Assembly (NCBI GenBank): GCA_964252035.1 | Contig: OZ176200.1 | From: Podarcis erhardii | Lineage: Eukaryota | Strand: one strand, 5' to 3' | Length of the DNA: 64,000 nt | Shown here: positions 51,000 through 62,749 of the stretch, in pieces | Position numbering within the stretch: position 1 is the first letter of the stretch | Layout of the letters: every line of letters starts with the position of its first letter | Translations under genes and position numbers: made by a program | The notes under the pieces: model-generated | Databases searched by the model: none | What the model was told of the DNA's origin: nothing | The model's input: only the letters and a program-made list of their open reading frames with translations

Positions 51000-51525
51000 T
51001 ACAGTATGTTGTTGTTTAACAGTCATTATCATAACCTGCTATCACATAGTCACACCCAGCCCAGCACTTTGTTTGGGTTCAAGTCGTGCTCAAGCAAGGT
51101 GCCTCAGGCCAATAGCAGCCAATATAGGTAAAAATGAATTAGGAAATGAGGTGTGCTTTACAGTATGTTGTGCCCAAGCCAGTTGTCAGGCTGGATACAA
51201 TTCTATGCTTGCCCTGTGGGTCGCTGACCTGAGGTCCAAAGCACACTGAGGTACACACCTCAATCCCTTACGATTTTTAATACATTGGACGTTATTGGTA
51301 TGGGGCATCATGCTTGACAGTGTCTTGTCACTTCCTGTCTAGATCAAGATGGAGACCACTTCTTTCAGAGCTCTGAAAGAGGTCTCTGCAACCAGATGGG
51401 GCCTCTTTGAGGAACCACAGGAGGATGGCCTGCAGTGCCTGGGGTGATCCCCCCTCCCCACCCTATAATGAAGTCAGCCTGACAACTAGGAATAGGAGAG
51501 GCAGGAGAAGCCTTTTTGCATTGAT

Positions 51526-51707
51526 CTAGCGGGAAGGTAAACGGCATTTCCATGTGCTGCTCTGGTTCGCCAGAAGCGGCTTAGTCATGCTGGCCACATG
51601 ACCCGAAAGCTGTACGCCGGCTCCCTCGGCCAATAAAGTGAGATGAGGGCCGCAACCCCAGAGTCGGCCACAACTGGACCTAATGGTCAGGGGTCCCTTT
51701 ACCTTTA
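51526..51707 (-). mobile_element. Sauria SINE 5' portion
   Basis: Highly similar to 40148-40324, same orientation. Confidence 0.82.
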
Positions 51708-52604
51708 AACACAGCAACTTACAATATTTTTCTTCTTATGGTAGCCCAATTGCTGTGGCAAAATACAATACAGGTACCGGTAGGTTAGAATTTACATGTA
51801 TGTTTTGCTATCTTAACTGGACTCACATTATAATTGTCTGATCTTAACCATTATCAGCTGGAATCAACAGAACATAAAATAATGTTGTCAAGCCATAAAA
51901 ACTGGATTTAGCCTAAATGAAAATCCAGGGTCTACACTGCTTTTTTTTTGGTAGATCACTAGTGATAACACTTTCTATTCTGAGAACCTTGCAATAATGC
52001 CAACTGGCTTAGGTTGCCATGAAGCATGAGTCACAGCCGAATTGGCAAGCACTGTCCTTCAGTGAATCCCCTAATAGTTACTGCAAATGAGTCTCTTACC
52101 AAACTCAAGTCGAGAAGACTAGGGCTAGTACAATTCTTCCACAATTCTTGCACTGTCTGCTCCTTGAATTTTAAGCTTGCGAGGTTCAAGGACCTGTTTT
52201 ATCTTTTGCAAGGAGCCTATATCAACAATTGCCAATGCATTATTAATGATAATATAATCTATCACAGATATATGGGCATGGATCCTGAGACCCCTGAATG
52301 AAAGGAAGTTGACAAAGAGAATTTTCATTCCCCTACTCACCCCAGCACCCTATCCAATGGGGGAGAGGAGACAAAAGTAGGCAGCTTGAACAAGCAGCTT
52401 CACCTGAAGCTGCATTTGAGGCTGCCTCAGAATGCTAACGTTAGAAGGCACATGTGCAGGAGGGGGCAGGTAGGTGGAAGGGGGTGCTTAACCCAACTCA
52501 TGGCTGCCAACTCTCCCTTGAAAACATATTCCGGGGTTTTACTCCTTTCCCCTCAGCCTGGAGAATAGCATTTATGAGGAGAATCGGTCAGCATGGAAAT
52601 TATT

Positions 52605-52745
52605 AACCCAGCCTTCCCCAGCCTGGTGCCTTCGCCATGGACTATAACTCCCATCAGCCCCAGCCTCCGAAGCTGTGCTTGCTGGGGATCAATGGGAGTT
52701 GCAGTCCAAAATGGCTGAAGGACACCAGGTTAGGGAAGGCAGGTT
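52605..52745. mobile_element. Fold-back MITE of the common squamate ggactacaactcccatca family
   Basis: Arms aacccagccttccccagcctggtgcc / ggacaccaggttagggaaggcaggtt; inner arms ggactataactcccat / atgggagttgcagtcc. Older relatives at ~21620-21770, 25161-25295 and 30595-30725. Confidence 0.7.
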
Positions 52746-53482
52746 AAGCACTAACGTCCTCCCTTCTCCACTACAAGCCCACCTCTCAACCCAGTTGTGG
52801 GATTGCCTTGGCAAATAAGGGGTTGGGAAGAGGCTTTTGTGAAGGTTCTGCCTCTAGGGAAAATACTTATTTCAAGAGCTTAGAGAAATCCTTTGTTATA
52901 CCATCAGCATTTGCAGTGGGGTTGACCTTTTTCGAAATAAAGAGGAGCGGATGCTTAATTTAAACAGCTCTGCACAATGGACCAAACATTACAAGTACTG
53001 TAAAAGGAAATGCAACCCTCAGATCAAGCCCTCCAACAAGTCCCTTGTAACAGCCCCACTCAGAAAGAGATAACTCCAGCTGAAACACAAGTTGCTAGCA
53101 GTAAAGCAAGCTGTCCTGAAGGGTAGAAAATTAATGGGAGCTGCAGAGCCCCTCCTGGCCTTGGGGTGCCTTCTGTGATGCAAAGATGAATGCAGAATCT
53201 CAGGTCCCCTGCACTGAGACCACTCTTCAGGCAATTCTTGAAGACTGGCAAAAGGCTTTCCAAGGACTTTCAGCTTTCATTACCAGGCTAAACATGAACA
53301 GTAACACACTTGGATGAGTAGCTTAGAGTGGTATGGAATATGCTGGGAGTGTCGAGGTGCAACTCAGCTTGCACTGTGGGCTGGTGTATCTGCATGAGAA
53401 AGGGCAGAGAGAGAGGAACCTCCAAACTTCCTAGACTGTCCTTGTGTTCATCTTCCTTCAGCGCTAGATGGATACTCTTAGG

Positions 53483-53722
53483 TAGGGTTGCCATATTCTG
53501 AAGAACAAAAAAGATGATGACTCTCATTTTAAATACCCCTACAATATGTAGGCTATAGAAGCTGTGATATATTGCTAAGGGGGGCAGGAGAAGAGAAGAG
53601 GTATCTCATCCAGAAAGTATAGCCAGAGACATTTTGGCAAATTTAAAAAATCCACCCAGACAGCATTTTTACCTCTGAAAAAGAGGACATGTCCTGGAAA
53701 AAGAGGACACATGGCAGGCCTA
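53483..53722. mobile_element. hAT-like MITE
   Basis: TAGGGTTGCCAT...ATGGCAGGCCTA imperfect TIRs; subterminal aaaagaggaca repeats; no clear 8-bp TSD. Confidence 0.6.
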
Positions 53723-54474
53723 GTCAGTTGCTGACCTTACTTCTTATTCCCTCCTTTTCTTCTTCATACTTTCCTCTTGACATATCTTCCCAGCAGACAT
53801 ATTTTGGATCTCTCTTCTCTTGAGACGCAAGAGCAAGCATGGCTCATCACATCTCAACCTTAGGAAAGATTCCCATTCTATTTGGCTATCGACACGTATT
53901 TCCAGTAATAAATATTCACTTTGTTTTCTTAAACCCAGAGTCTCCACGTGATTACATCCAGGGAAAGTGTGCTTCTCCAACAAGGATTCTGCTTCAGTTC
54001 AGATTCTGCCGGCATTTAACTCCAAATGCTAAGAAAATATACCGCAGAACAGGTGCCAAAAGCAAAGAGATCGGAATTTACAGTCCTTTGCAGCCTCAAC
54101 ACTCCCAAGAACATATTTCAATTAAAGCATTAATAAGACTAGTAAGGAGGCTGCTTCTCTACTTCCTCTGCTTTCAGAGTTCTCTGCAGGCCCCGCTGGA
54201 ATATTTTCCAGCTCCAGCAAACAAAGAGAGTCTCTAAAAAGCTGCGCCTTATGCCTTTCATCTTCTGCCAAGTTCAGATAACATTTTAAGGTTATACTGG
54301 CTTTAAGTCCTATGTTTCCAGAAAAAAATTAATGGAAGAACAGAGTGTAACTGAAGTCAGGGACACTGTTCATTCTGTTCATTCATTAAAGTGCAAAAGC
54401 AAAAATGTGGTTCATAGGGATCAGAAGCACTGAATGCATTTTCCATATTTATCCACACTCAGTGCCCTCATTAT

Positions 54475-55260
54475 CACAGATTATTTAGTTCCACTCCAAT
54501 CTGCATTCAGGCCAGGCCATGGGACTGAGTTGACCACGGCTGACATGATGGGTGACCTTCACAGAGAGGGGAACAAGGAGAGCGCAACCTTGTTCCTGCT
54601 TCTCGATCTCGCAAGCCAAGAGACTGAATCAAGAGGGTACAACACTGGAAGAGTGCTTTTCAGCCCCCTGGTGGTTACGCTATGGGGTGCTGCAGAGCAC
54701 TATTCTATCTCCAGAGCTATTTAATGCTACACGAAGCCTCTGGGGGTGATCATTGAGAGAAAGATGCTATCAGAATGCTAACTACACTCAGTTTCATTTC
54801 TCTGTAACATCTGAATGAAGCTGTGTGGGCCCTGGACTGGTGGCCTGGGTGGAGGGGTGAGATGGAGGAAGGAAAATAAGCTTAGCTTTAATTCTGGCAA
54901 GACAGTGGCACTATGGGTAAGTGGCTCCTGCATCCAAGAAATTGGTCAACTGCTTGCCCTGGACAGTTTTGCACTGTCCCCAAAGGAACAGTTTTCAGTT
55001 GGGGGGTGTTTCTTGATCCAGCTCTGTCACTGGAGGCCCAGGGTAGCCTCAGTGGCTAGAAGCCCCTTTTACCAGTTGTAACCTTGTGGCAGCCACATTC
55101 ATTCCTGGATCAGAGAACCTGACCACAGTAGTTCAGGCACTGGTGACTTCAAGTTTGGATTACTGCAGTGCACTCTATGTGGGGCTTCCCTTGTGCTTGA
55201 TCTGGAAAACACTTAGTAGTTAGGACCTTTTTACTTGCCTTACCCCACTCAACCACTTCA
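54475..55260 (+). mobile_element. Degenerate L2 LINE reverse-transcriptase fragment
   Basis: Translated remnants LQSAFRPGHGTE...LLLDLA and GVLQSTILSP.LFN match the RT motifs QSGFRPGHGTET, LLDLS and GVPQGSILSP; frameshifted. Confidence 0.8.
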
Positions 55261-55385
55261 GTTTGTGAAACTGGTACTACATAATACTCGCTTATAAGAA
55301 ATCAGTATTTTAGTGTGGCAGCATTTACTTTAATAATCTTAAGATACCTCTTTTTAACTGTTTTTAATCAATAATTTTAAGATGG

Positions 55386-55522
55386 CATCATAGAACTGTA
55401 GTGTTGGAAGTGACCCCAGGGGTCAATCCCCTTCAGTGCAGGAATCCTGCCCACAACCATCTCAGGGTGGGTTTGAACCACCAACCTTCTGGTTGACACA
55501 GGCAGATGCACTGAGCCACAGA
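55386..55522 (-). mobile_element. tRNA-derived SINE with CR1-type tail (older copy)
   Basis: Minus-strand B box ggttcaaaccc and tail ttccaacactacagttctatga. Confidence 0.6.
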
Positions 55523-55836
55523 GATTAGGTTTTAGTATGTATTTCTGTAAACTGCTTAGAGATTTTACTGCAATCAAGCGGTATATAAATCCTGTTAAAT
55601 ATATTATCAAAATTGGGAGGTGCTGCATGCATTTTTAAAATCACTGTGGGACTCACACCATATTTGCAACCTGAATGGATAATATTCGTAGGATATGAAA
55701 GCAAAAAAAAAAAAAGGGGGGGATACCCAAGCCAATGCTGATACTTAGGCTTTATATTTTACTAAGTGGAATGATTGTAGCTTTGGTATTGAAAAGATGG
55801 CTTGTAGGTATATGCACATGGCAGAGGACTGTGAAT

Positions 55837-55952
55837 TAGGGTTGCCATACGTCCGGAATTTCCAGGGCATATCCGGAATACTGCAGCCGCAAGCAGTGTC
55901 CAGTGTCAGCAGTGTTGTTTTTGCAGGTTTCCCTCAGAAATAGCTCATTTCT
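55837..55952. mobile_element. hAT-like element end (TAGGGTTGCCA), interrupted by the L1-like insertion
   Basis: Begins tagggttgccata like 53483; the other end was not identified. Confidence 0.45.
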
Positions 55953-58043
55953 GACTTCCGGGTTGGCGCCCCCGGCAATGGTGGAGCTCCTCCGATCGGG
56001 AGGAACTTGCTCCGTGGAAAGTTGGGTCTGAACCGCCACGGCGAAGGCGGAGACCCATTGAAATCACAGGCGGAAGAAGCCTGTGAACCTGGGATTCGGT
56101 TGGCACCTTTTGCGCCTTCCCTAATCGCGGGGAAAGCCTGTTTTGGGGATCCGGAGCGACGTGGGGTGAGCGGTGTGGTGCTTTGAATCGACCGCTTCTT
56201 TCACGGAGTGAAGCCGCATTGCTGTTGCCGGAGAGCGCTGACTTTTTCTTGTGGACAATTGGATTTTAAATAACAACCCGTGAGTAAAAAGGAAAATTGG
56301 ATCTTTAAATATCTTAATTTGGCATCGAACAGGGAAGGTTCAAAACAGGAAGTCCGCCTTCCCCTTTTGTAAATAGACTGAAGCAAAGAGCTTACAAGTT
56401 AAGGTCTTGGAAAGCCTTATGTAAAGGATTAAACTTCCATCGATTGAAATTATTAGACCCCCCCTTGGAAGCAGGAGAAGAGGGGGGAAATTTTGGACTG
56501 TGTATCCTGCAGGAGAAAGTGATTAAAATTAAATTACCACTGCTCTGAACCTGGGAACGGGCTCCCAGTGATTGACGTTTCGGGAGAGTTCATTGACAGC
56601 GAAGAGAACGGATGTTGACAGTTAGTTAAATAAGAGAAATATATTGTTTCCATTGTCCGCTTCTGCGTTTAAAAGGGAGGAAAAGTATCTGAAAATTGAA
56701 ACTATCTTTACTTTCTGATCTGTGTCGGAAAAGATTGATACAAGTGGAGACTGTCCCCCTCTAGAGGGAGCTTTTGAAACTGTTACAAGAGTGGAGCTGG
56801 GAAATCTCCAGCTGCTTGATAAGAACTGTGGGAACTAGAGATTGACCTTGGATATTCAAGAATGTCGACAGGAGAAGCCTTATGAACTGCATTTTCTAAG
56901 ATAAGCCACCTGTTGGAACAGCTTCATAAAAAGATGGATACTATGACTACTAAAATAGACATTTTGGAACCAAAAGTGAGCACCAATACAGAAATTATTC
57001 AGGATTTGGCACAGGAATCTATTTCAACAGGACAAATTGCTGAAAAGGAGAAGGAGAAAGTTGCTGTTGTCGAACCCAAAGTAACACAAGGGGGAGCCTT
57101 AGCCTTACAGAGGCAAATTGAGGACTACAAGTGGAGCCCCTTTATGACTGAGACTAGAAAAAGTCAGATTTTGATGATTGGAGCCTGGCCTGGACTAGAA
57201 AAGGAAAGTTGGAAAGATCCCTCTATGCAGGGATTAACTGACTTTTGGAATATGGACTTGGGTCAGGAGGAGATTGGAGTTCTGGGGGCCTTTGGATTTG
57301 GAGGAATTTTGAAACATGCCCGGAAATACTTTATGGATCCTAGCTTTAATTATGGAAATCTGGCTGACCTGTCGAGAAGGAATAAAAGTATCGTTGGATT
57401 GGAGTTTCCCCGAGATCTGCTCTTTAGCATCAAAGAATATGAAGAAGACTGGCAGAAGGGACGTGGAAAAGAGTTAAGAGCCTCGGACATAAGATCCCCA
57501 GGTTGATGGACTGTATGGAGTTGACGGAAGTGGCTGGCAGAGTCCGAGACTGGGGAGAGGAGATGCTAGAAGAAGATTGGAAATTTAAAGTCTATATATA
57601 GAAATATTGTAAAATTAATGAGTGATAGAAAAATGTTGGAAGGAAATTTTATGGCTTTAGCTGAAATGCTATAAGGAGTTAAGCTTAAATAAGTGTACTA
57701 ATTTTAATGGAAATAAGACTAAAAATATGTTAAGACATTTATATGATAGAAAATAGAGAAAGATGGAAAGGAATTGCTGAAACAATTAATGGAAGTGGAA
57801 TACAAAGAGGGAGGTGAGAGGAGGTCAATGATACAAGGGAATGAAAGATAGAATATAGAAAAGGATGATGTATGTTTTTAAATTGTTTGGTTTAGTTTAT
57901 TGTGTTAGTTTAATGTGTTAAGGTTGTGTTTTGTATTGTTTATGTATTGTATTGTTTTTTTCTTTTTTTTCTTTTTTTCTTTTGTCTTCTTTTTTCCTTT
58001 TCTTTTTTTGTAAGCTCTAAAAGTAATATTTTTTTTAAAAAAA
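55953..58043 (+). mobile_element. Non-autonomous L1-like non-LTR retroelement, 2091 bp
   Basis: Exact 18-bp direct repeats cagaaatagctcatttct at 55935-55952 and 58044-58061; CpG-rich 5' end starting GACTTCCGG; single ORF; T-rich 3' region and a short A tail. Confidence 0.8.
56934..57506 (+). CDS. ORF inside the L1-like element (190 aa from the first ATG; coiled-coil-like N-terminus)
   Basis: ORF track 56913..57506 starts at TTG; first ATG at 56934; heptad-like MDTMTTKIDILEPKVSTNTEIIQDL; no recognisable RT or endonuclease motifs. Confidence 0.4.
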   Translation: MDTMTTKIDILEPKVSTNTEIIQDLAQESISTGQIAEKEKEKVAVVEPKVTQGGALALQRQIEDYKWSPFMTETRKSQILMIGAWPGLEKESWKDPSMQGLTDFWNMDLGQEEIGVLGAFGFGGILKHARKYFMDPSFNYGNLADLSRRNKSIVGLEFPRDLLFSIKEYEEDWQKGRGKELRASDIRSPG

Positions 58044-59250
58044 CAGAAATAGCTCATTTCTTTGAGATTTTGCAAAAGATAAGTTCAACAACTTTTCTGT
58101 TCGAATTTTCACTTTTTGAAATATAGCAGCTCAAGTACAAAGGTCCTTCACTCTCCCTCCACTCTGTCACAAAGCACAGCAACAAAATTCAAGGAGCAAT
58201 ATTTCAAACTCTGCCAGCAAATCCCAACATGACTCGCATTTAGCTTCTTCTCTCCCTTCTCTGGGCAACTGGTTATGCCATGTGGAGGTCAGGTGGCCAA
58301 ACTCCCTGCTGACCTTTGCCATTAATTATCTGTGATCAACTGCATACCCCTTCAGGCCTCCAGTCCCCCCCCCCACCCAATCACTCCCTTCGGCTTCTTT
58401 CCCTCCTAGCAAACAGCATATTTTTTCCCTTCCCCACACCTCTTGCCCCTCCCCACCCCAGCAGAAGTATGTTCAACTAATTAAACTTTCATGCACACAT
58501 AAGCTTGCCTGCATCTACTGGCTCCTGCTTTGCATTACCTTACTCCAGCATTAAGAAACCGGGACACAGTTGTGGGTGGTGGCAGGTGAGCTGCACTCCT
58601 AAACTTTTCATAAGTATGTTTAGCGCTACTGGAACATCAACTGTACTGGAGAACAAAGCTCTTCTAAATCCTTTGCTAATGGGAATAGGCAGAGCTGGCA
58701 GTAAGGCTTATATGCCTACCCCATCCTTCATTCAACCCTTAAAAACCAAATAGAATCAGAGGAGCTTCTTCCCAGGTAAGTATGCCTGGGTTTGCAGCCT
58801 AAAGCCTTTTGCTAGGATTTGGGGAGAACATCTGGCAAGTGTCAAAAACAGTAATACTGCATCCCCCTCCCCAAGTGCAAAGAATGTTACTAACCAGCCA
58901 ACCAACCTTTTTTGTCTGCCCTGAAAAGGCACCCTTTGGAGAAAGAGAAAAAGAGAAAGAGAAAGAAAGGGATCTGGAGTCCAGTTATTCATATATTTAC
59001 TGTATTGGCCCCCTGCTGCAGTTGACAAAAGGATGGAATCAAAGCACCATAACAATAAGCAGCATGTGAATACACTCCCACCAGACAATGCCACATACCA
59101 GCTCAATTCCCTCAGGATGCTAAACAGCAGTAGATAGGATTGATTCACACCAAGGCTACCTCTATTGTTCATGACAATATGGTAGGCTTTCAAGATTATG
59201 AGTAAAGGTGCCTTGTGTTTTTTACTTTATTTACTGAATCATGCATCATG

Positions 59251-59615
59251 TAAAGGTAAAGGACCCCTGGACGCTTAAGGCCAGCCAAAGGCGACTATGG
59301 GGTTGTGGTGCTCATCTCGCTTTCAGGCCGAGGGAGCCAGCGTTTGTCCACAGACAGGTGGCCAGCATGACTAAACCGCTTCTGGCACAATGGAACACCA
59401 TGACAGAAACCAGAGCACACGGAAACGCCGTTAACCTTCCTGCCGCAGTGGTACCTATTTATCTACTTGCACTGGTGTGCTTTCAAACTGCTAAGTTGGC
59501 AGAACCTGGGACAGAGCAATGGGAGCTCACCCTGTCGCAGGGATTTGAACCGCTAACCTTCTGATCAGCAAACCCAAGAGGCTCAGTGGTTTAGACCACA
59601 GCACCACCCGCTCCC
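59251..59615 (+). mobile_element. Sauria SINE, near full length
   Basis: taaaggtaaaggacccctgg...gtggccagcatgactaa...gtacctatttatctact...gatttgaaccgc...; recognised squamate SINE structure. Confidence 0.85.
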
Positions 59616-60959
59616 ATACAATCATCCCTGCAACCAATGTATGTGTTATGACTGAAATTCTTAAACCATCAGCTTGATTTATAAAGATAATAGTTCTGAG
59701 GCACTTGAACATTAAGCCTAACACAATCCCATGCCTATGTAATTGGGAGTCTCACTGAACCCAAAAGGACTTACAGGCACAGCACTGGGCTGCACAAGTA
59801 CTTACATCAGACACTCTCCGTGTATGAAGGGGAAACAAAGGCTTATTGGCAGCATAAAAGTAAATAAAATACACAAATACCAAGCTGCAACAAGACAAAG
59901 ATTTAAAATCTTCCCATTTATTGTAATATTAGCTTTCAAAGTCAAGAACCTACTTGTTGGCTTGACAACCACTAAAAAAAATCTGAAGAGGGGGTTAATT
60001 GTTCTTATGCTGCTGTTTCAGTGTTTTAACTGCAATTTGTATCGCATTGTTGAGGACGTTGGGAAACTATTGAGGGCCAAATGGCAGCACAGAATGTAAA
60101 AAAGAGATTAACAATAGTTCACTAGCTGCATGACAGAGGTTTTTGCTCAGAAAGCTCATGCTTGCTATATATATCTCTCAGATATGATTTGCCCCTTATC
60201 CATATCTAGCCAATATATTAAACATTATATATTATGACCGAAGTGGCAATATGGTGCAGTGATTAGAGTGCCACACTAGAACCATCCACTATCTCACAAA
60301 TCTAGACATTGTTGTAGGAATAAAATGAGAGATAGGTCCCATTGAAAAGAATTACCCTAACCTACCAAAAGTTCCAAGAAGACACAGGAGTATCTTAAGG
60401 CCATTTCCCCTATGCATTCTTTGGAGGATCATGCCCCTTTTCCACCCAAAGCATGCATAGGGCTCACTTTGCACAGGTTCAAATTTCATGTCAATTACAA
60501 AAGCTCCCTAGAATCATGGCCTCTCAGGCTCATGGGGCTGCTTAGCCTCTGAATAGGTGAGCTATAAAAATATATGAAGATGACCTTCTCTGAGGATATG
60601 GAGAATACATTTCCTTCATTGCCACCAATTAACCACATATTCACCCAAATATTAATTAGGCAGCAGAGCTTCCAAACAGGTCAGAGTTCTCACACATCTC
60701 GAATTAGAAATTTACCACTGCAGGGAAAGACTCGATATAGTTTGGCCCGGGTCGTATTAACTTGGGAGCAAGACCATCACATTTACTTGGAAGAAAGCAT
60801 GTTTCGGATCGCAGCCCCGCACATCTATCGCTAAATGATGAAGAAGGTGTAATTCGCAGAAGGGAGATAATTTCAGGCTTAGCAGTTCCTTTGCAGACCA
60901 ACAAGCAAAGGAACTTTTACTACTGCTAGCAAAGAACTCTTACTACAGCTCGAGTTATT

Positions 60960-62420
60960 ATTACTTCTGATTTCACACATGCGGCGGCCAAAAGGCGAGC
61001 CGAGCGCTCTAGGGCGCTAAAATAACTCGAGGAAACGGAAGGCGCCCCTTTGGGAGCTTTAAAAATTATTACGGTGGCGGTGAGGAGCCGTGTATTTCAG
61101 GGAGAGGAGGGTGCCTCCGGAGGGGGAAAGGGCTGTTCTTTTTCCAGCCTCCTCACTTTCCCAGCTCCCCGTTCAGACCGCGCGCCCCGAAGGCTGCTGC
61201 CCCACATCCCAGGTGCTGTGCTGTCGGCCACCTGCTGCCGTTGCCTCCGCCAAGCAATAAAGCGGGACAAAGGGGAGGCGCCGGGCGGGCAACGCACCTG
61301 CCGCCAGCAGCAGCTCGTCGTCCCCTTGCCCAGATTCATGCAATTTCCCCACACAACTCATATTTCCCCCAAAAGAGGGACCCGCTGACGGCGGGCACCG
61401 TCTTCACGACGCACCTGCAAGGCGCAGCCAAGGCAGCCTCTCCGGGCAAGGGAGCGCTGAGCACCTGCCCGCGCTGAGCTGCTCGCGAGGGGTCTCTCCC
61501 TGAAGGGAAGGGATGCCTCCTCAACCCTCTGCGCCTGTGGTAATGCGCGCCCGCTTCTCCACCACGCAAGATGCGCGCAGCCTGACCGAGCCGCGCTCGC
61601 GCCCTCCTCGCCTCGCTCTCCAGTCCAACCCTTCCTTCCAACTCTCCTCCTCCTCCAAGCCGGCACCTGCTCCTCCGAGCCGCTCCTCGCTCGACTCACT
61701 CGCCTCCCCACCACCCCGGTTCTTTCGCTCGGCGCTCGATTGGTTCGTTTCTCTCTCCATCGCAGGGTCAGGAGCTGCGCAGGCGCGGAGCAAGTGTGGG
61801 GGCGGGGGGAGAAATAAAAGAGCAGAGTCGGGAGACGGAGGAGGCGTGTCCCCCCAAAAGCAAAGTCCGACCCGGAAGCGCGCGCGCATGCGTGCTTAGT
61901 CAGGCGTTCTCGGGGCGGGTTCGTGGGTCGCCGGCTGCTGCGGGGAAAGGCGGGGAGTGGGGGGCGGCTGTGCTGCGGGGGCACGCACGCACGCAGGCGC
62001 GCACCCGTCTCTGGCTCCACCATGGCAGGATCCGCGCAGGGGCCGCTAGGGAGGTTGCGGCACCTGTGCGGCCGCTACCAGGACTACGTGAAGCGACACC
62101 CGGCGGCCACGGCTCAGCTGGAGAGCACCGTGCGCGGCCTCTCTTACCTGTTGCCAGGTAGGCGGGGGGCGAGCCGGGGAGACCGAAACCCGCGGGGGGG
62201 GGGCGGTGAGGAATCCCAGCTCCCTTTCTCCAACGCAGAGTCGCCGCGGGGAAAGGTTTGCCATTTACCCCCCCCCCCCGGCAGAAGATGGTGTGGGCGC
62301 GGCTTCAGAGCTGCGCGGCCGGCAGAAGTCCGGCAGGTGAAGTTTCCCCCAGCAGCTGTTAGAGGAGCGGGAGCTGTGCCAGGTCGGAAGGTGGCAGCCC
62401 CAAGCGAGAGAGGAAATAAA
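60960..62420. promoter_or_regulatory. CpG island, PEX16 promoter (probably bidirectional)
   Basis: ETS/GABP site CCGGAAG at 61872-61878, NRF1-like GCGCATGCG at 61884-61892, ATTGG (CCAAT box) at 61739-61743, GC boxes. Confidence 0.85.
62022..62157 (+). CDS. PEX16: PEX16 (peroxisomal biogenesis factor 16) first coding exon
   Basis: Strong Kozak ctccaccATGG; [45 protein letters not shown] matches the human PEX16 N-terminus ([29 protein letters not shown]); donor CCAG|gtaggc; synteny with LARGE2 and PHF21A. Exon 2 not found in the window. Confidence 0.94.
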
Positions 62421-62749
62421 TGACTGGGGTGTGTGTGTGTCCCTTCTCCAAATCCTCCAGACCTTTGGACTCGGATTTGGAGGGGGATCTGCTCGAATGA
62501 ATCCCTTTACTTTGCATCTTGCTAAGAGTACTGTACCCTAATTTTTTTAATTGTGTTCTTCAGGCAGCCCTCTGCCACTTCCCGTTTGGGGGACCTGCCT
62601 GTTTCAGTGCCTGCAGCCGGTTTCAATCACCGGTTTGATAACCTCCTGTTTGAAAGCGCCCAGGTCACACTCGATGCTCCAAGATAGCTCACCTTGTTGG
62701 TGACTTCTGTTGCAACCTTGGGTAGCTGCAGGGCAGTTACTTTCCAATC

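Noticed and set aside
61358-62023. 221-aa minus-strand ORF starting exactly opposite the PEX16 ATG
   Set aside because: CCATGG is palindromic, so a Kozak ATG automatically creates an antisense ATG; the long frame is expected in stop-poor GC-rich DNA, and the Arg/Ala/Pro-rich product resembles nothing I recognise.
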